Assembly: GCA_019056805.1 (NCBI GenBank)
Contig: DXJG01000005.1
Coordinates: forward strand, 1,419-33,418
Direction of reading: 5' to 3'
DNA from: Candidatus Baldrarchaeota archaeon
GTDB lineage: Archaea; Asgardarchaeota; Baldrarchaeia; Baldrarchaeales; DXJG01
DNA length: 32,000 bases
The stretch's first letter is position 1. Every line of letters begins with the position of its first letter. Both the position numbers and the translations under genes were made by a program. Shown here piece after piece: positions 15,908 to 25,732 of the stretch. A model generated the notes under the pieces. That model was not told where the DNA came from. It saw only the letters and a program-made list of their open reading frames with translations, and ran no database searches.

Positions 15908-17620
15908 GTGAAAGTAACCTTATTGGATGGATATGTAGATGAGCCTACGTGTCTCGGTGTACCCCCTTATATTTCTCCATATGTAAGATATACTGCGGGA
16001 GCAATATGGGCGGCGAATTCATCAGCCCAGATAAAGTATTTTACTATTGATGAAGTTAGAGAAAGTAGCAAAGACTTTTATAAGACGGTGGAAACCTCTG
16101 ATTTATTTATTGTGATTTTTGGTGTTGCTGTTCCCGGAAAATATTTGGGAGGAAAACCAGCAACTCCGAGGGAGATTTTTAATTTAGCGTCGAGGATAGA
16201 AAATCCTGTTAAGGTTATTGGAGGTCCAGCTGCTAGATTTGGTAGTGGAGTTAGGGGTGGTATGGTTGTAAGGGATGTTTCTAAGTTTGAAGATGTTTTT
16301 GACTTAGTCGCTATAGGTGATTTGGAAGTAATTATTTATGATTTAATTTTGGAGAAATTAAGGGTAAATAAGGTAGATCCTACGAGTACAAGAAAGTCTG
16401 CACATAGTATAGCTGAATATGCGATAAGAGGAGCAAAAATAGTTACACAACATCCGAGATATCCAAAGGTTATTTGTGAAATTGAAACATACCGTGGATG
16501 TAGTCGAAAAATCACAGGTGGATGTTCTTTTTGTACTACTGCCGCATATTACGGGTTACCAGATTTTAGACCCGTAAAAGACATAGTGCTAGAAGTAGAG
16601 GCGATCTATAAGCATGGTGTAAAATATTTTAGGCTTGGTAATCAACCTGATCTTTTTGCATATCAAGCTAAGGGTGTTGGGGAATTAGAATTTCCAAGAC
16701 CAAATCCAAGAGCGATCAAAAAATTGTATCAAGGTATTAGAACTGTTGCTCCTGACTGTTATTTATGGATGGATAATGCAAATCCTGGTACAATTGCACA
16801 TCACCCTGAGGAGTCTAGAGAAATAGCAAAAATCATAGTAACATATAATACACCAGGAGATGTTGCAGCATTCGGTATAGAGTCAGCAGACCCAGATGTA
16901 ATAAAGTTAAACAATCTTAAGTGCACTCCGGAGGAGGCCATGAAAGCAATAGAGATAATATATGAAGTAGGAAAGGAAAGAGGATGGAATGGTCTGCCAA
17001 AGCTTCTTCCAGGACTAAATTTTGTTTTTGGGCTTATAGGGGAAACCGAAAAAACTTACGAATTAAATTACCTGTTTTTAAAAGAAGTTCTGGAAAGAGG
17101 TTTTCTTGTTCGTAGAATAAATCTGCGGCAGGTGCTTGTGTTTCCGGGTACAAGAATGTGGAAAGTGGGAACAAAAATTCTGAGAAGAAATTATCACCTT
17201 TTTAAGAAGTGGAGTCAAAAAATAAGGGATGAAATAGATATTCCAATGTTAAAAAGAGTAATTCCAGTGGGAACTGTTCTTAAAGAAGTTATAACGGAGA
17301 GACATTTTGGGAAAAGAACTTACGCAAGGCAATTAGGCACGTATCCAATAACCACAATAATCCCTGATGAAATGCCTCTAAACATAACACTTAATGTAAA
17401 AATCATAGATCATCAAGCGAGATCAACGATTGTAGTACCCTATCCTCTTGACATAAACAAAGCATCAATAAGACTTCTTTCCGCAATCCCACAAATAGGG
17501 AGGAAGAGAGCAGCAAGAATAATAAAAAATAGACCAATCAAAAACCTACAACATCTCGAAGCCATTTTAGATAATAAAACAATAGCAGAACACATATACA
17601 AAAACTACATAATACTATAG
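15908..17620 (+). CDS. Radical SAM enzyme with C-terminal TRAM-like and helix-hairpin-helix domains (COG1031-type, function unknown)
   Basis: LLDGYVDEP.CLGVPPYISPYVRY N-terminus, ETYRGCSRKITGGCSFC (CX7CX2C), FRLGNQPD, FGIESAD, LPGLNFVFGL.GET and C-terminal INKAS...L..IP.IG.KRA..I (HhH). Start GTG 15908 or 15896. Confidence 0.88.
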   Translation: MKVTLLDGYVDEPTCLGVPPYISPYVRYTAGAIWAANSSAQIKYFTIDEVRESSKDFYKTVETSDLFIVIFGVAVPGKYLGGKPATPREIFNLASRIENPVKVIGGPAARFGSGVRGGMVVRDVSKFEDVFDLVAIGDLEVIIYDLILEKLRVNKVDPTSTRKSAHSIAEYAIRGAKIVTQHPRYPKVICEIETYRGCSRKITGGCSFCTTAAYYGLPDFRPVKDIVLEVEAIYKHGVKYFRLGNQPDLFAYQAKGVGELEFPRPNPRAIKKLYQGIRTVAPDCYLWMDNANPGTIAHHPEESREIAKIIVTYNTPGDVAAFGIESADPDVIKLNNLKCTPEEAMKAIEIIYEVGKERGWNGLPKLLPGLNFVFGLIGETEKTYELNYLFLKEVLERGFLVRRINLRQVLVFPGTRMWKVGTKILRRNYHLFKKWSQKIRDEIDIPMLKRVIPVGTVLKEVITERHFGKRTYARQLGTYPITTIIPDEMPLNITLNVKIIDHQARSTIVVPYPLDINKASIRLLSAIPQIGRKRAARIIKNRPIKNLQHLEAILDNKTIAEHIYKNYIIL

Positions 17621-17629
17621 AGGGAAAAG

Positions 17630-17738
17630 TGGCGGGCCCGGTGGGATTCGAACCCACGACCACCGGCTATCTCCGGATAGCTTAGAAGGCCGGCGCCCTT
17701 TCAGGTTTTTGATTGTTATCCTGCTAGGCCACGGGCCC
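17630..17738 (-). tRNA. tRNA-Arg(TCT) with two introns (D-loop 20a/21, 18 nt, 17717-17700; canonical 37/38, 14 nt, 17682-17669)
   Basis: Acceptor GGGCCCG/CGGGCCC, G73, CCA, T-arm GTGGG-TTCGAAT-CCCAC. BHB central helices CAGG/CCTG (D) and CTTC/GGAG (anticodon). Confidence 0.95.
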
Positions 17739-17776
17739 GTTTTGGTTTAATGATTAGATATAATTTTGATTTATAT

Positions 17777-18442
17777 TTATGTTTCTAGTTTTATCAATTT
17801 TACTTTATCTTTTAGATATTTTTTAAAAATATATGCTGGTAGATCGAAAGTTTTTCCGACCTTGTCTATTATTATGGTGTCGCTTGTAGCTATTATTCCT
17901 GATGTTTGGGTTATTTCTTTGTCTGGATGTTTTGTTGTTTTTGCTGTTCCTTTGATGTTATTTTCTTCTAGAAGCTTTCTTATTTTTGCTGCGAGTTCTC
18001 CGCTTTTGCTGATGGGTTGGTCTATTATGAAAATTGTTTCTGTTGGTTTTAGGTTTTTGATTGCTTGTATAATTAGGTTTAGAGCTTTTTGTGTTAGGTC
18101 TGTTACTTTGTACTTTCTGAATATTGCTGATATATCTCTTATATATCCGTCCTCTGCTTCAAGTATAATGTCATTTTTTAGCATGGTTTCTATGGTTATT
18201 AAAACGTTGTAGCAATCTACTACTAATACATTGTTTTTGACTTCGTCTTCCTTTACTAGTTTTCTTTTTCTTTCGATGACTTCGTTTTCTGGAAATATTG
18301 TTCTGTAAAGTATATGTCTTTCTGTCTCACTTAGTAAATATTTTTCTCCTACAAATCTTAGTGCACTTTTTTTGTTATAGCCTCTTTCCAATAGGTATTT
18401 GTAATCTTTTGCTGCCTCAAGTATTTTTTCCTCTAATTTCAT
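17777..18442 (-). CDS. DUF434 domain protein with PIN/NYN-like nuclease domain
   Basis: EAAKDYKYLLERGY.KKSAL.FVGEKY.L, VVDCYNVLITIE, DG.IRDIS, IIDQPISKSGELA, IATSD..IID. Confidence 0.85.
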   Translation of the reverse strand: MKLEEKILEAAKDYKYLLERGYNKKSALRFVGEKYLLSETERHILYRTIFPENEVIERKRKLVKEDEVKNNVLVVDCYNVLITIETMLKNDIILEAEDGYIRDISAIFRKYKVTDLTQKALNLIIQAIKNLKPTETIFIIDQPISKSGELAAKIRKLLEENNIKGTAKTTKHPDKEITQTSGIIATSDTIIIDKVGKTFDLPAYIFKKYLKDKVKLIKLET

Positions 18443-18546
18443 TTTCTTCTCCTAATTATAAAATATAAGTGGAAAGTCTACTAGGTACTCTGAGATTCAC
18501 TGTTTTAATTGTAGTTTCTTGAGATTTCGCTGTGCCCGTGTTCTGT

Positions 18547-18852
18547 TTATCCGAAGAGTGCTCCTAGTCCACCTACTTCTTCCTCTTCTTCCTCTTCCTT
18601 CTTCTCCTCTTTCTTCTCTTCTTTTACTTCTGCTGGTGCTGCTTCTGCTGGTGCTGGTGCAGCGGCGGCTACTGGTACAGCTGCGGTTTTTATTGCTTCA
18701 TCTATGTTAACTTCTTCTAGGGCTGCAACAATAGCTTTTATTCTTGCTTCATCAATGTTTGCCCCAGCGGCTTCCAATATTTTCTTTAAATTTTCTTCTG
18801 TTATGGGTTTTCCAGCTTTATGGAGAAGCATAGAAGCATATATGTATTCCAA
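18547..18852 (-). CDS. rpl12: Ribosomal stalk protein P1/L12
   Basis: [30 protein letters not shown]...[18 protein letters not shown], Ala-rich hinge, acidic tail GLGALFG. TTG 18852 follows SD GGAGGTGA. Confidence 0.97.
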   Translation of the reverse strand: MEYIYASMLLHKAGKPITEENLKKILEAAGANIDEARIKAIVAALEEVNIDEAIKTAAVPVAAAAPAPAEAAPAEVKEEKKEEKKEEEEEEEVGGLGALFG

Positions 18853-18943
18853 ATTTTTCACCTCCAATTTATCCAAAGAGTGAGCCTAAACCAAGTTCTT
18901 CCTCTTCTTCCTCTTCCTTCTTCTCCTCTTTCTTCTCTTCTTT
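18577..18943. repeat. Perfect 48-bp direct repeat (18577-18624 and 18896-18943) encoding [16 protein letters not shown] in both P1 and P0 tails
   Basis: Base-by-base comparison: TTCTTCCTCTTCTTCCTCTTCCTTCTTCTCCTCTTTCTTCTCTTCTTT is identical in both copies. Confidence 0.9.
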
Positions 18944-19885
18944 CTCTACCACATGTTCAACTGTTGGTTGAGGAGTAACACTAACTATATCACTCGGTAG
19001 TGCGTCAGGTTTTATTTCAAGTATTTTACTTGCAAGAGTAGTTGCCTCTGCGTGTACCTTTGCTAAGAGGTGAGGTATAGTTTCTTTAGTTGGTATAGAC
19101 GCGTTTATTGCTAGGTTTATTGCTTCAAGATGTGCTCTTTGTAGCAATAGGGGTATGGTGTCAGGTGTTGGTATTGCTGCATTTACTGCTAGATTGAACG
19201 CTTCAATGTGAGCTGTTTGTATTTGTTGTTTTATTTCTTCTGGATGTATTGTTAATTCTTCTTCAGTAAGTATGACTCCGTCATCGTAGGCTGCGTGGAG
19301 GGTTAATCCTACTTCCATGGGCTCTATGCCAAGTCGAGAGAGGACTAATGCTAATTTTCTGGAGATTTTTTCTCCTTTCTTGCAGACAACGGTGTCTTTT
19401 GCTACCCACACCGATCCTGATTGTACTCTCGTAGGGATTCCTACTTCGTTTAGTTCGCTGATTACTGGTCCAGGTGGAAGCCCTGTATTTCCTTCAGGCA
19501 CTATTATGTCGCTTTGTGCTATTTGACCTTCTTTTGCAGGTGCTTTTGCTTTGTTTTTCTCTAAGAATAAATTTATTTTTATTGGATTTTCATTTGTAAA
19601 TACGAATGCACATGAACCAGTAACATGATCTGCAAGTTTTTCAATACCTGGTTTGAATTTGCTGGCTTTATTTAGAGCTATTTTCATTAACGTGTTTTTA
19701 ACCATTTTAATTAAAGCTCTTTCCCTTAACATATTTCTTAATCTTTGAACTTGAAGAGATCCAATGTTATCCATTGTTGTTAAAGCAATTACCTTATATT
19801 TTTTAATTAATTCGACTAATTCATTCACTATTTTAACTTTATGTTCGGGTACACGTCTTCCTTGTCTAGTAAGAACTACAGTCAT
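18869..19885 (-). CDS. rpl10: Ribosomal protein uL10/P0
   Basis: [43 protein letters not shown], acidic tail GLGSLFG. Start ATG 19885. Confidence 0.97.
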   Translation of the reverse strand: MTVVLTRQGRRVPEHKVKIVNELVELIKKYKVIALTTMDNIGSLQVQRLRNMLRERALIKMVKNTLMKIALNKASKFKPGIEKLADHVTGSCAFVFTNENPIKINLFLEKNKAKAPAKEGQIAQSDIIVPEGNTGLPPGPVISELNEVGIPTRVQSGSVWVAKDTVVCKKGEKISRKLALVLSRLGIEPMEVGLTLHAAYDDGVILTEEELTIHPEEIKQQIQTAHIEAFNLAVNAAIPTPDTIPLLLQRAHLEAINLAINASIPTKETIPHLLAKVHAEATTLASKILEIKPDALPSDIVSVTPQPTVEHVVEKEEKKEEKKEEEEEEELGLGSLFG

Positions 19886-19912
19886 CTTGTTCACATCCCT
19901 TGTTAGGTTAGC

Positions 19913-20569
19913 TTACTTTAATTTTATGGGAACTGGTGGTCCCATCGTTGTTTTAACGTATATGCTTTTTATATTTTGCATGCCTTTTTCAAGTTTTTCA
20001 AGTAGAAAATCTAAGACTGCCTTTATATTTTCCGCTATTTTTTCATCTTCCATATCCTTTGTTCCGACTCTTGCGTGAATTACTGGGTTATCTCTCATTC
20101 TAAGCCTAATTGTTCTTCTATATTGTTCTATGAGAGATTTTATATCGGCGGTGGGTGGAACAGGTTTTGGCATTTTTCCTCTCGGGCCTAAAACTGGACC
20201 CAAAGCCCTACCAACTAGAGGCATTAAATCTATTTGAGCAATAAAGAAATCGTATTGTTTAGCTAGTTTTTTCGCAGTTTTTCGATCAGATGTAAATTTT
20301 TCAAGATCTGATCTTGATAAAACCAAGTCTACTCCTTCATTTTTTGCTCTAACTTCGAGATCTCCACTAGCTATAACACATATTTTTACAGGTTTATTTA
20401 TAGGATGCGGAAGAACAAGTTCGGTATTTATTCTATTTTCGGGTTTTTTTAGATCTAAATTTTTGAAACTTATCGATATGTCTATTGATTCGTTAAAATT
20501 TCTTTCTTTTGATTTTTCCTTTGCTTCCTTTACAGCTTTAATTATTTTTTCAACATCTATGGACATCAT
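19913..20569 (-). CDS. rpl1: Ribosomal protein uL1
   Basis: RNFNESIDISI, LGPVLGPRGKMP, VYVKTTMG-like IYVKTTMGPPV. Confidence 0.97.
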   Translation of the reverse strand: MMSIDVEKIIKAVKEAKEKSKERNFNESIDISISFKNLDLKKPENRINTELVLPHPINKPVKICVIASGDLEVRAKNEGVDLVLSRSDLEKFTSDRKTAKKLAKQYDFFIAQIDLMPLVGRALGPVLGPRGKMPKPVPPTADIKSLIEQYRRTIRLRMRDNPVIHARVGTKDMEDEKIAENIKAVLDFLLEKLEKGMQNIKSIYVKTTMGPPVPIKLK

Positions 20570-20686
20570 AAATCCCTCACAGTATCAAGTTAACGGAGGT
20601 AACATCAAATTATCATTAAATTAGTATCATTTATGAATTCAAAATGCTGGAGGAAGTTACAAAAAATCCAATATAAAGTTAATGTT

Positions 20687-21175
20687 TTATTCTTCAGAAA
20701 GTAAGTGATCCCACTTACCTTCATCAATTTCTCTTTGTACTTCTCTAGGATCTTTCCCTTCTACTGTTACGCCCATGCTGACACAAGTACCAAGTACGGT
20801 TTTAACTGCGGCTTTAAGACTTTTTACAATTAAATCGCTCATTTTTGCTTTTGCAACTTTGATAACTTGCTCCATTTTTAGATCTCCTACCTTATTTGAT
20901 TTTGTATCGCCGCTTCCCTTTTCTTTACCGAGTTCTTTAAGTATTAGAGCACTTGTAGGGGGTACACCGACTTCGACCCAAAATTCTTTGGTTTCTTCAT
21001 CCACTGTTACCTTTACTGGGACTTTTAATCCTGCAAAATCTTTGGTGAGTTCGTTTATTTTTTGAACAACCATGTATAGATTTACACCGGTTGGCCCTAA
21101 CATTGGTCCTAAAGGGGGTCCAGCACTAGCTTTACCGCCATCAACCAATACATCAACTGTAACTTTCTTTCCCAT
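20687..21175 (-). CDS. rpl11: Ribosomal protein uL11
   Basis: [42 protein letters not shown]. Confidence 0.97.
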   Translation of the reverse strand: MGKKVTVDVLVDGGKASAGPPLGPMLGPTGVNLYMVVQKINELTKDFAGLKVPVKVTVDEETKEFWVEVGVPPTSALILKELGKEKGSGDTKSNKVGDLKMEQVIKVAKAKMSDLIVKSLKAAVKTVLGTCVSMGVTVEGKDPREVQREIDEGKWDHLLSEE

Positions 21176-21186
21176 GATAAATCACC

Positions 21187-21651
21187 TTATTCTTCTTTTT
21201 CTACAATTTTTACGAAATCTGCTCGAACTTTTATTGGAATTGGTACGGGTGATTCAAATAGTTCAACTACAACTTCTTCTTTTGATTCATCCACTCTAAC
21301 TACTTTGGCCTTTTCTCCTTTGAACGGGCCTCCCGTTATTTCAACTATGTCTCCTTCGCTAACAGCTTCTAAAACTGGTTTTGGTGCAAGGAAATGTTCT
21401 ATTTCTGATATGTCTATTTTTCCAGCTGGTTTGCTTCTGACATGGGGGAGGCCAGTAATTGCTTGCAGAACATCATATGGAGTTGCTGCTTCTATAAAAA
21501 TGTATCCTTTAACTCCCTCTGGTACGAGAATGGATCTTACTCTTAAGTTACGTTTTTTTGCTCTTTCTTCAATTAGAGTTGCGACTACTTTTTCTTGACC
21601 AGTGGTTGTTCTTACTATGAAGATGCTTGATTTTATTTTTATCTCTGACAT
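21187..21651 (-). CDS. spt5: Transcription elongation factor Spt5/NusG
   Basis: VRTTTGQEK.V, KGYIFIEA, KOW GDIVEITGGPFKGEKAKV. Confidence 0.97.
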   Translation of the reverse strand: MSEIKIKSSIFIVRTTTGQEKVVATLIEERAKKRNLRVRSILVPEGVKGYIFIEAATPYDVLQAITGLPHVRSKPAGKIDISEIEHFLAPKPVLEAVSEGDIVEITGGPFKGEKAKVVRVDESKEEVVVELFESPVPIPIKVRADFVKIVEKEE

Positions 21652-21665
21652 TTCTTCCCCTCATT

Positions 21666-21833
21666 TTATCGGAATAATAAAGCAAAAATTAATCTAATTA
21701 TAAAAGCTATGAAACCTATAATTGCAATTCCAATTATAGATATTCTTATACTAAGTAAGAGTTCCTCCTTGCCAGGTTTTTTTGTAAGTTTTAATAATCT
21801 TTTCACATTTTTAAAAAAGGCTGATATATCCAT
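21666..21833 (-). CDS. secE: Preprotein translocase SecE/Sec61-gamma (55 aa, not in the ORF track)
   Basis: Hand translation MDISAFFKNVKRLLKLTKKPGKEELLLSIRISIIGIAIIGFIAFIIRLIFALLFR*. KP..EE motif plus one TM; canonical ftsZ-secE-spt5 position; SD AGGTG. Confidence 0.95.
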   Translation of the reverse strand: MDISAFFKNVKRLLKLTKKPGKEELLLSIRISIIGIAIIGFIAFIIRLIFALLFR

Positions 21834-21863
21834 TGTTTACACCTTTGATTGAATAGTTGTTAA

Positions 21864-22988
21864 CTAGTCTAATGATTCTATACCGAAGTCAACATTTGTC
21901 CCTTTATTTTTTTCGAGTAGTACTTCGGCAAGATCATCTTCGGACTCTACAGCGTAGGGAGACTTTACACCGGAAATTATTAAGGTTATTCGAACAGCTC
22001 CTTTGAGCTCATTGTCAATTATTGCTCCCCAGATAATTTCTGCGTCAGATTCGAGTTTTGAGGCTATATTTTCAACTATAATTTCAGCCTCACGTAGGGT
22101 TAAATCCTGACCACCGCCAATGTTTATTAATGCTCCTTTTGCTCCATTGATATCGACGTCTAGCAAAGGATTCTGTAAAGCCTTTTTTACTGCAATTTCT
22201 GCTCTGTTTTCTCCTTCCGCTTCACTCATGGAAATAAGAGCCAAACCGCCATCTTGCATAACTGCTTTAACATCCGCAAAGTCTAAGTTTACAAGTCCTG
22301 GCTTCGTAACGAGTTCAGCGATTCCTCTAACTCCTCTAATTAATATTTCGTCCGCTACCCTGAAAGCTTCAGCAATAGATAAGTTTGGAACCATTTCAGT
22401 TAGTTTCTCGTTCGGGATAACTATGACAGTGTCGCAAACATTTAAAAGATTTTTTAACCCCATCAGAGCGTTTTTCATACGCTTCCTACCTTCTATTCTG
22501 AAAGGTAAAGTACAAATACTAATTGTAAGTGCGCCTTGATCTTTTGCAGCTTCGGCTATAACGGGGGAAGCTCCTGTTCCTGTTCCTCCTCCTAAACCAC
22601 ATGTAATAAACACTAGATCAGCTGTCACTGCTTCTTTTATTTCTTCATAACTTTCTTTTGCTGCGGCTTCTCCTATGGCTGGATTATTTCCAGCTCCTAA
22701 TCCCCCAGTTAATTTTCTACCGATTAAGAGTTTATGGTGAGCATCTGTGTAGAGAAGGTCTTGGGCGTCGGTGTTTACAGCAAGTGTCTCTGCACCATCA
22801 ATTCCAACTTCCATTAGCCTTGTTATAGCGTTGTTTCCCGCTCCCCCTACACCGACAACCAAGATTTTTGTTTTTGCCTCTTCTAATATTCTTTGAAGTT
22901 CCTCATCTACATATTTGGTATTGAAACGGGTTTTATTCTCAGAAATAAGTCTCTCTCTTTCCCTTATTTTTTCTATTATCTGCTCCAT
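21864..22988 (-). CDS. ftsZ: Cell division protein FtsZ (FtsZ1-type context)
   Basis: [47 protein letters not shown] (T7 loop). Confidence 0.98.
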   Translation of the reverse strand: MEQIIEKIRERERLISENKTRFNTKYVDEELQRILEEAKTKILVVGVGGAGNNAITRLMEVGIDGAETLAVNTDAQDLLYTDAHHKLLIGRKLTGGLGAGNNPAIGEAAAKESYEEIKEAVTADLVFITCGLGGGTGTGASPVIAEAAKDQGALTISICTLPFRIEGRKRMKNALMGLKNLLNVCDTVIVIPNEKLTEMVPNLSIAEAFRVADEILIRGVRGIAELVTKPGLVNLDFADVKAVMQDGGLALISMSEAEGENRAEIAVKKALQNPLLDVDINGAKGALINIGGGQDLTLREAEIIVENIASKLESDAEIIWGAIIDNELKGAVRITLIISGVKSPYAVESEDDLAEVLLEKNKGTNVDFGIESLD

Positions 22989-23146
22989 TCAATTCACCTA
23001 CGTTGCATAAGTGATTTAATAAGCTTTTTACGCTTTGTATTTCGGGAATAATACCTAAAAATAATAGAGAAAGTTTAACATCTCTTAAAAACTTAGAAGC
23101 GTATTAAAACTGAAAACATAATTCAACTAAAATAATGAAAAGAAAA

Positions 23147-24079
23147 TTATAGTAAAAGGGCAAGTATCGCTTTTTGTGCATGTAAACGGTTTTCAGCTTG
23201 ATCCCATACAACAGAATGTACTGGATCGTCAATAACTTCGTCCGTTACTTCTTGACCTCTGTGAGCTGGTAGGCAATGCATGAATATGTAGTTCTTTTTT
23301 GCATATTTTACTAGTTCTTTATTAACTTGGTATCTTTGGAAAGCTTTTATTTTTTCTTCTGCAATTTTTTCTTCGCCCATCGAAACAAATACATCAGTGT
23401 ATATTACGTCTGCGTCTTTAACAGCTTCTTCGGGTGATTCGATAATTTCAACTTTGCTTCCGGTTTCCTGAGCGTTTTCCATGGCCCGTTGGATGATTTC
23501 TTCTTTTGGTCTATAGTTTTTTGGTGTTGCAACCGATATATCCATACCCATTTTGGTGCATCCTATTAAAAGTGAATTACAAACATTGTTTCCATCGCCG
23601 ACAAAAGCTAATTTTAATCCTTTTAGTCTTGCTTTCTTTTCTAATATTGTGAGTAAGTCCGCAAGAATTTGACAAGGATGTGTTAGATCGCTTAAACCAT
23701 TTATCACAGGTATATCAGCGTACTTTGCTAATTCTTCAAGATCTTTATGTGAAAATACTCTAGCCATTATGCCATCTACGTACCTGCTAAGTACTCTTGC
23801 TGTATCTGCAATGGTTTCTCCACGTCCTAGTTGTAAATCGTCCCATCTAAGGTAAAGAGCACGGCCACCCAAGTCGCTCATAGCTATCTCGAAACTTACT
23901 CTTGTTCTAGTTGATGGTTTTTGAAATATCATTGCCAAAGTTTTCCCAAAAAGTAACGGTTCTATCTGTCCCCGCTTTCTAGCCCTTTTTAATTCCATAG
24001 CTGTATCAAGTAAAAATTTTAATTCCTCATAAGTGAAGTCTTGAAGTGTTAGAAAGTCCCTTCCCCTTAAATTAACCAT
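23147..24079 (-). CDS. argF: Ornithine carbamoyltransferase
   Basis: FQKPSTRTRVSFE, INGLSD..HPCQ, FVSMG, FMHCLPA.RG.EV, QAENRLHAQKA. Confidence 0.96.
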   Translation of the reverse strand: MVNLRGRDFLTLQDFTYEELKFLLDTAMELKRARKRGQIEPLLFGKTLAMIFQKPSTRTRVSFEIAMSDLGGRALYLRWDDLQLGRGETIADTARVLSRYVDGIMARVFSHKDLEELAKYADIPVINGLSDLTHPCQILADLLTILEKKARLKGLKLAFVGDGNNVCNSLLIGCTKMGMDISVATPKNYRPKEEIIQRAMENAQETGSKVEIIESPEEAVKDADVIYTDVFVSMGEEKIAEEKIKAFQRYQVNKELVKYAKKNYIFMHCLPAHRGQEVTDEVIDDPVHSVVWDQAENRLHAQKAILALLL

Positions 24080-24097
24080 TTTAAAATCCTCCCTATT

Positions 24098-25009
24098 TTA
24101 ATCAAATTTAGTTATTTTCTCTGTAAACCACTTAGGGTCAAAAGGTTTTAAATCTTCGTATCCTTGTCCTGTACCAATAAATAGTATAGGTTTTCCAGTT
24201 ATGTAAGAAATTGAGAGAGCTGCGCCTCCCTTTACATCTGCGTCAACTTTTGTTAATACGGACCCGCTAATTTCTACAGCTTCATTGAACTTTTCAGCCT
24301 GCACCAAAGCATCATTGCCAGCTAATGCGTCACCTACAAAAATCGTGAGATCAGGTTCAGCTACTCTTACTATTTTTTTCATTTCATCCATTAAATTCTT
24401 ATCTGTTTGCGCCCTACCAGCAGTATCGATTAAAACTACGTCAATGCCTCGAGCTTTAGCGTGATTAATAGCGTCAAATGCAACAGCAGCAGCATCTGAC
24501 CCGTATTTATGTTTTATAACACGAACGCCAATATTTTTAGCATGTTTTTCTAATTGCTCTATGGAACCAGCTCTAAAAGTATCACTTGCAGCTAATACAA
24601 CACTATAACCCTTTTTCTTCAGAAGATAAGCTAACTTAGCTATTGTCGTTGTTTTTCCAGTTCCATTAAAACCTACAAAAACTATTACAGTAGGTTCTCC
24701 TCGCTTCTTTTTTTCCTCTATAATCTTAAAAACATCAATTTCTTCTTTGGGAGTTAATATTCCCATGATAGAATCTTTTATCGCATTGGCAACAACTTTT
24801 TTAGTATTTTCAAGTAAACCTACTTTTTGCCCTAGTAGAGATTTTTTAACGTCCTCAGCAATTTTTTCCGCAACTGGTAATGCTACATCACTACTAAGTA
24901 AGGCAAGTTTAAGATCCCATAAAGCATCCTCTAATCTCTTTTCTGTCAATGTTTTCTTGCTAATTTTTTCTGTAAAATTTTTTAGACTTTCCTTTAACTT
25001 CTCTAACAT
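24098..25009 (-). CDS. ftsY: SRP receptor FtsY
   Basis: [53 protein letters not shown]. Start ATG 25009. Confidence 0.97.
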   Translation of the reverse strand: MLEKLKESLKNFTEKISKKTLTEKRLEDALWDLKLALLSSDVALPVAEKIAEDVKKSLLGQKVGLLENTKKVVANAIKDSIMGILTPKEEIDVFKIIEEKKKRGEPTVIVFVGFNGTGKTTTIAKLAYLLKKKGYSVVLAASDTFRAGSIEQLEKHAKNIGVRVIKHKYGSDAAAVAFDAINHAKARGIDVVLIDTAGRAQTDKNLMDEMKKIVRVAEPDLTIFVGDALAGNDALVQAEKFNEAVEISGSVLTKVDADVKGGAALSISYITGKPILFIGTGQGYEDLKPFDPKWFTEKITKFD

Positions 25010-25031
25010 CAATGACACCTGAAAAATAGGT

Positions 25032-25457
25032 TTACTTGGTTCTCTGGCTTAATTGGTTTAATTGGTTTTGAATATTTTCAAGTTTAGTGACTATTTGGTC
25101 GAGTAGTTTTCTTCTTTCGGTTAAAACCTCTTGTACTTCTCCTAGTCTTTCTTCGAGTAGTTTTTGAGCGTCTTCTAAGGTTTTTTCAGCAGCAACGTCG
25201 GCGCCCAGATGAATTATGACTTTATCTGGATCTGTAAGTTTGGCTTTTATGAAGGTTCTTGACCCTACTGGAATAAGAATTTCTTCTCTTCCTTCGCCTT
25301 TGCGTATGTTTTCGATAGTAGTCATGGTGAGTGTTAACTGCTCTAAATATGAAGTTAAAACATTAATTTCTCTTTGTAGAGATTCAGCCTGTGACCTAAA
25401 CCAATTATATTCAAAAATCAGTCTTTGCATAACTTTTTCTGCGTTTTCTTTAGACAA
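25032..25457 (-). CDS. pfdA: Prefoldin alpha subunit
   Basis: Coiled coils flank [16 protein letters not shown]...[13 protein letters not shown]; conserved position between rpl18a and ftsY. Confidence 0.93.
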   Translation of the reverse strand: MSKENAEKVMQRLIFEYNWFRSQAESLQREINVLTSYLEQLTLTMTTIENIRKGEGREEILIPVGSRTFIKAKLTDPDKVIIHLGADVAAEKTLEDAQKLLEERLGEVQEVLTERRKLLDQIVTKLENIQNQLNQLSQRTK

Positions 25458-25471
25458 TGATAAAATCCCCC

Positions 25472-25714
25472 TTAATGTAGACCTAAAATACTTCTAATTA
25501 AAACGGATTTAACTTCCTCTGGCTTGATCTCTTTAATTTCTAGTATTTTAATATCCTTTCTCTTTACTTTATGATTACTTCCAACCTCTGAAAGAGCTAT
25601 TTCAAGAGCATCCTCTGGCTTTAATGCTCTTACCTCTTTAGAAAAACGTATTTTCATCAAATTTTTCTTATATTCCCCAATAATCCTATATATTTTAACT
25701 TCCGAAGTCGTCAT
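25472..25714 (-). CDS. rpl18a: Ribosomal protein eL20 (L18Ae/LX)
   Basis: KIYRIIG...FSKEVRALKPEDALE...S.VGSNHKVKR..I.I..I.EI. Confidence 0.95.
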   Translation of the reverse strand: MTTSEVKIYRIIGEYKKNLMKIRFSKEVRALKPEDALEIALSEVGSNHKVKRKDIKILEIKEIKPEEVKSVLIRSILGLH

Positions 25715-25732
25715 CGTTATTCCCCCTTTAAG

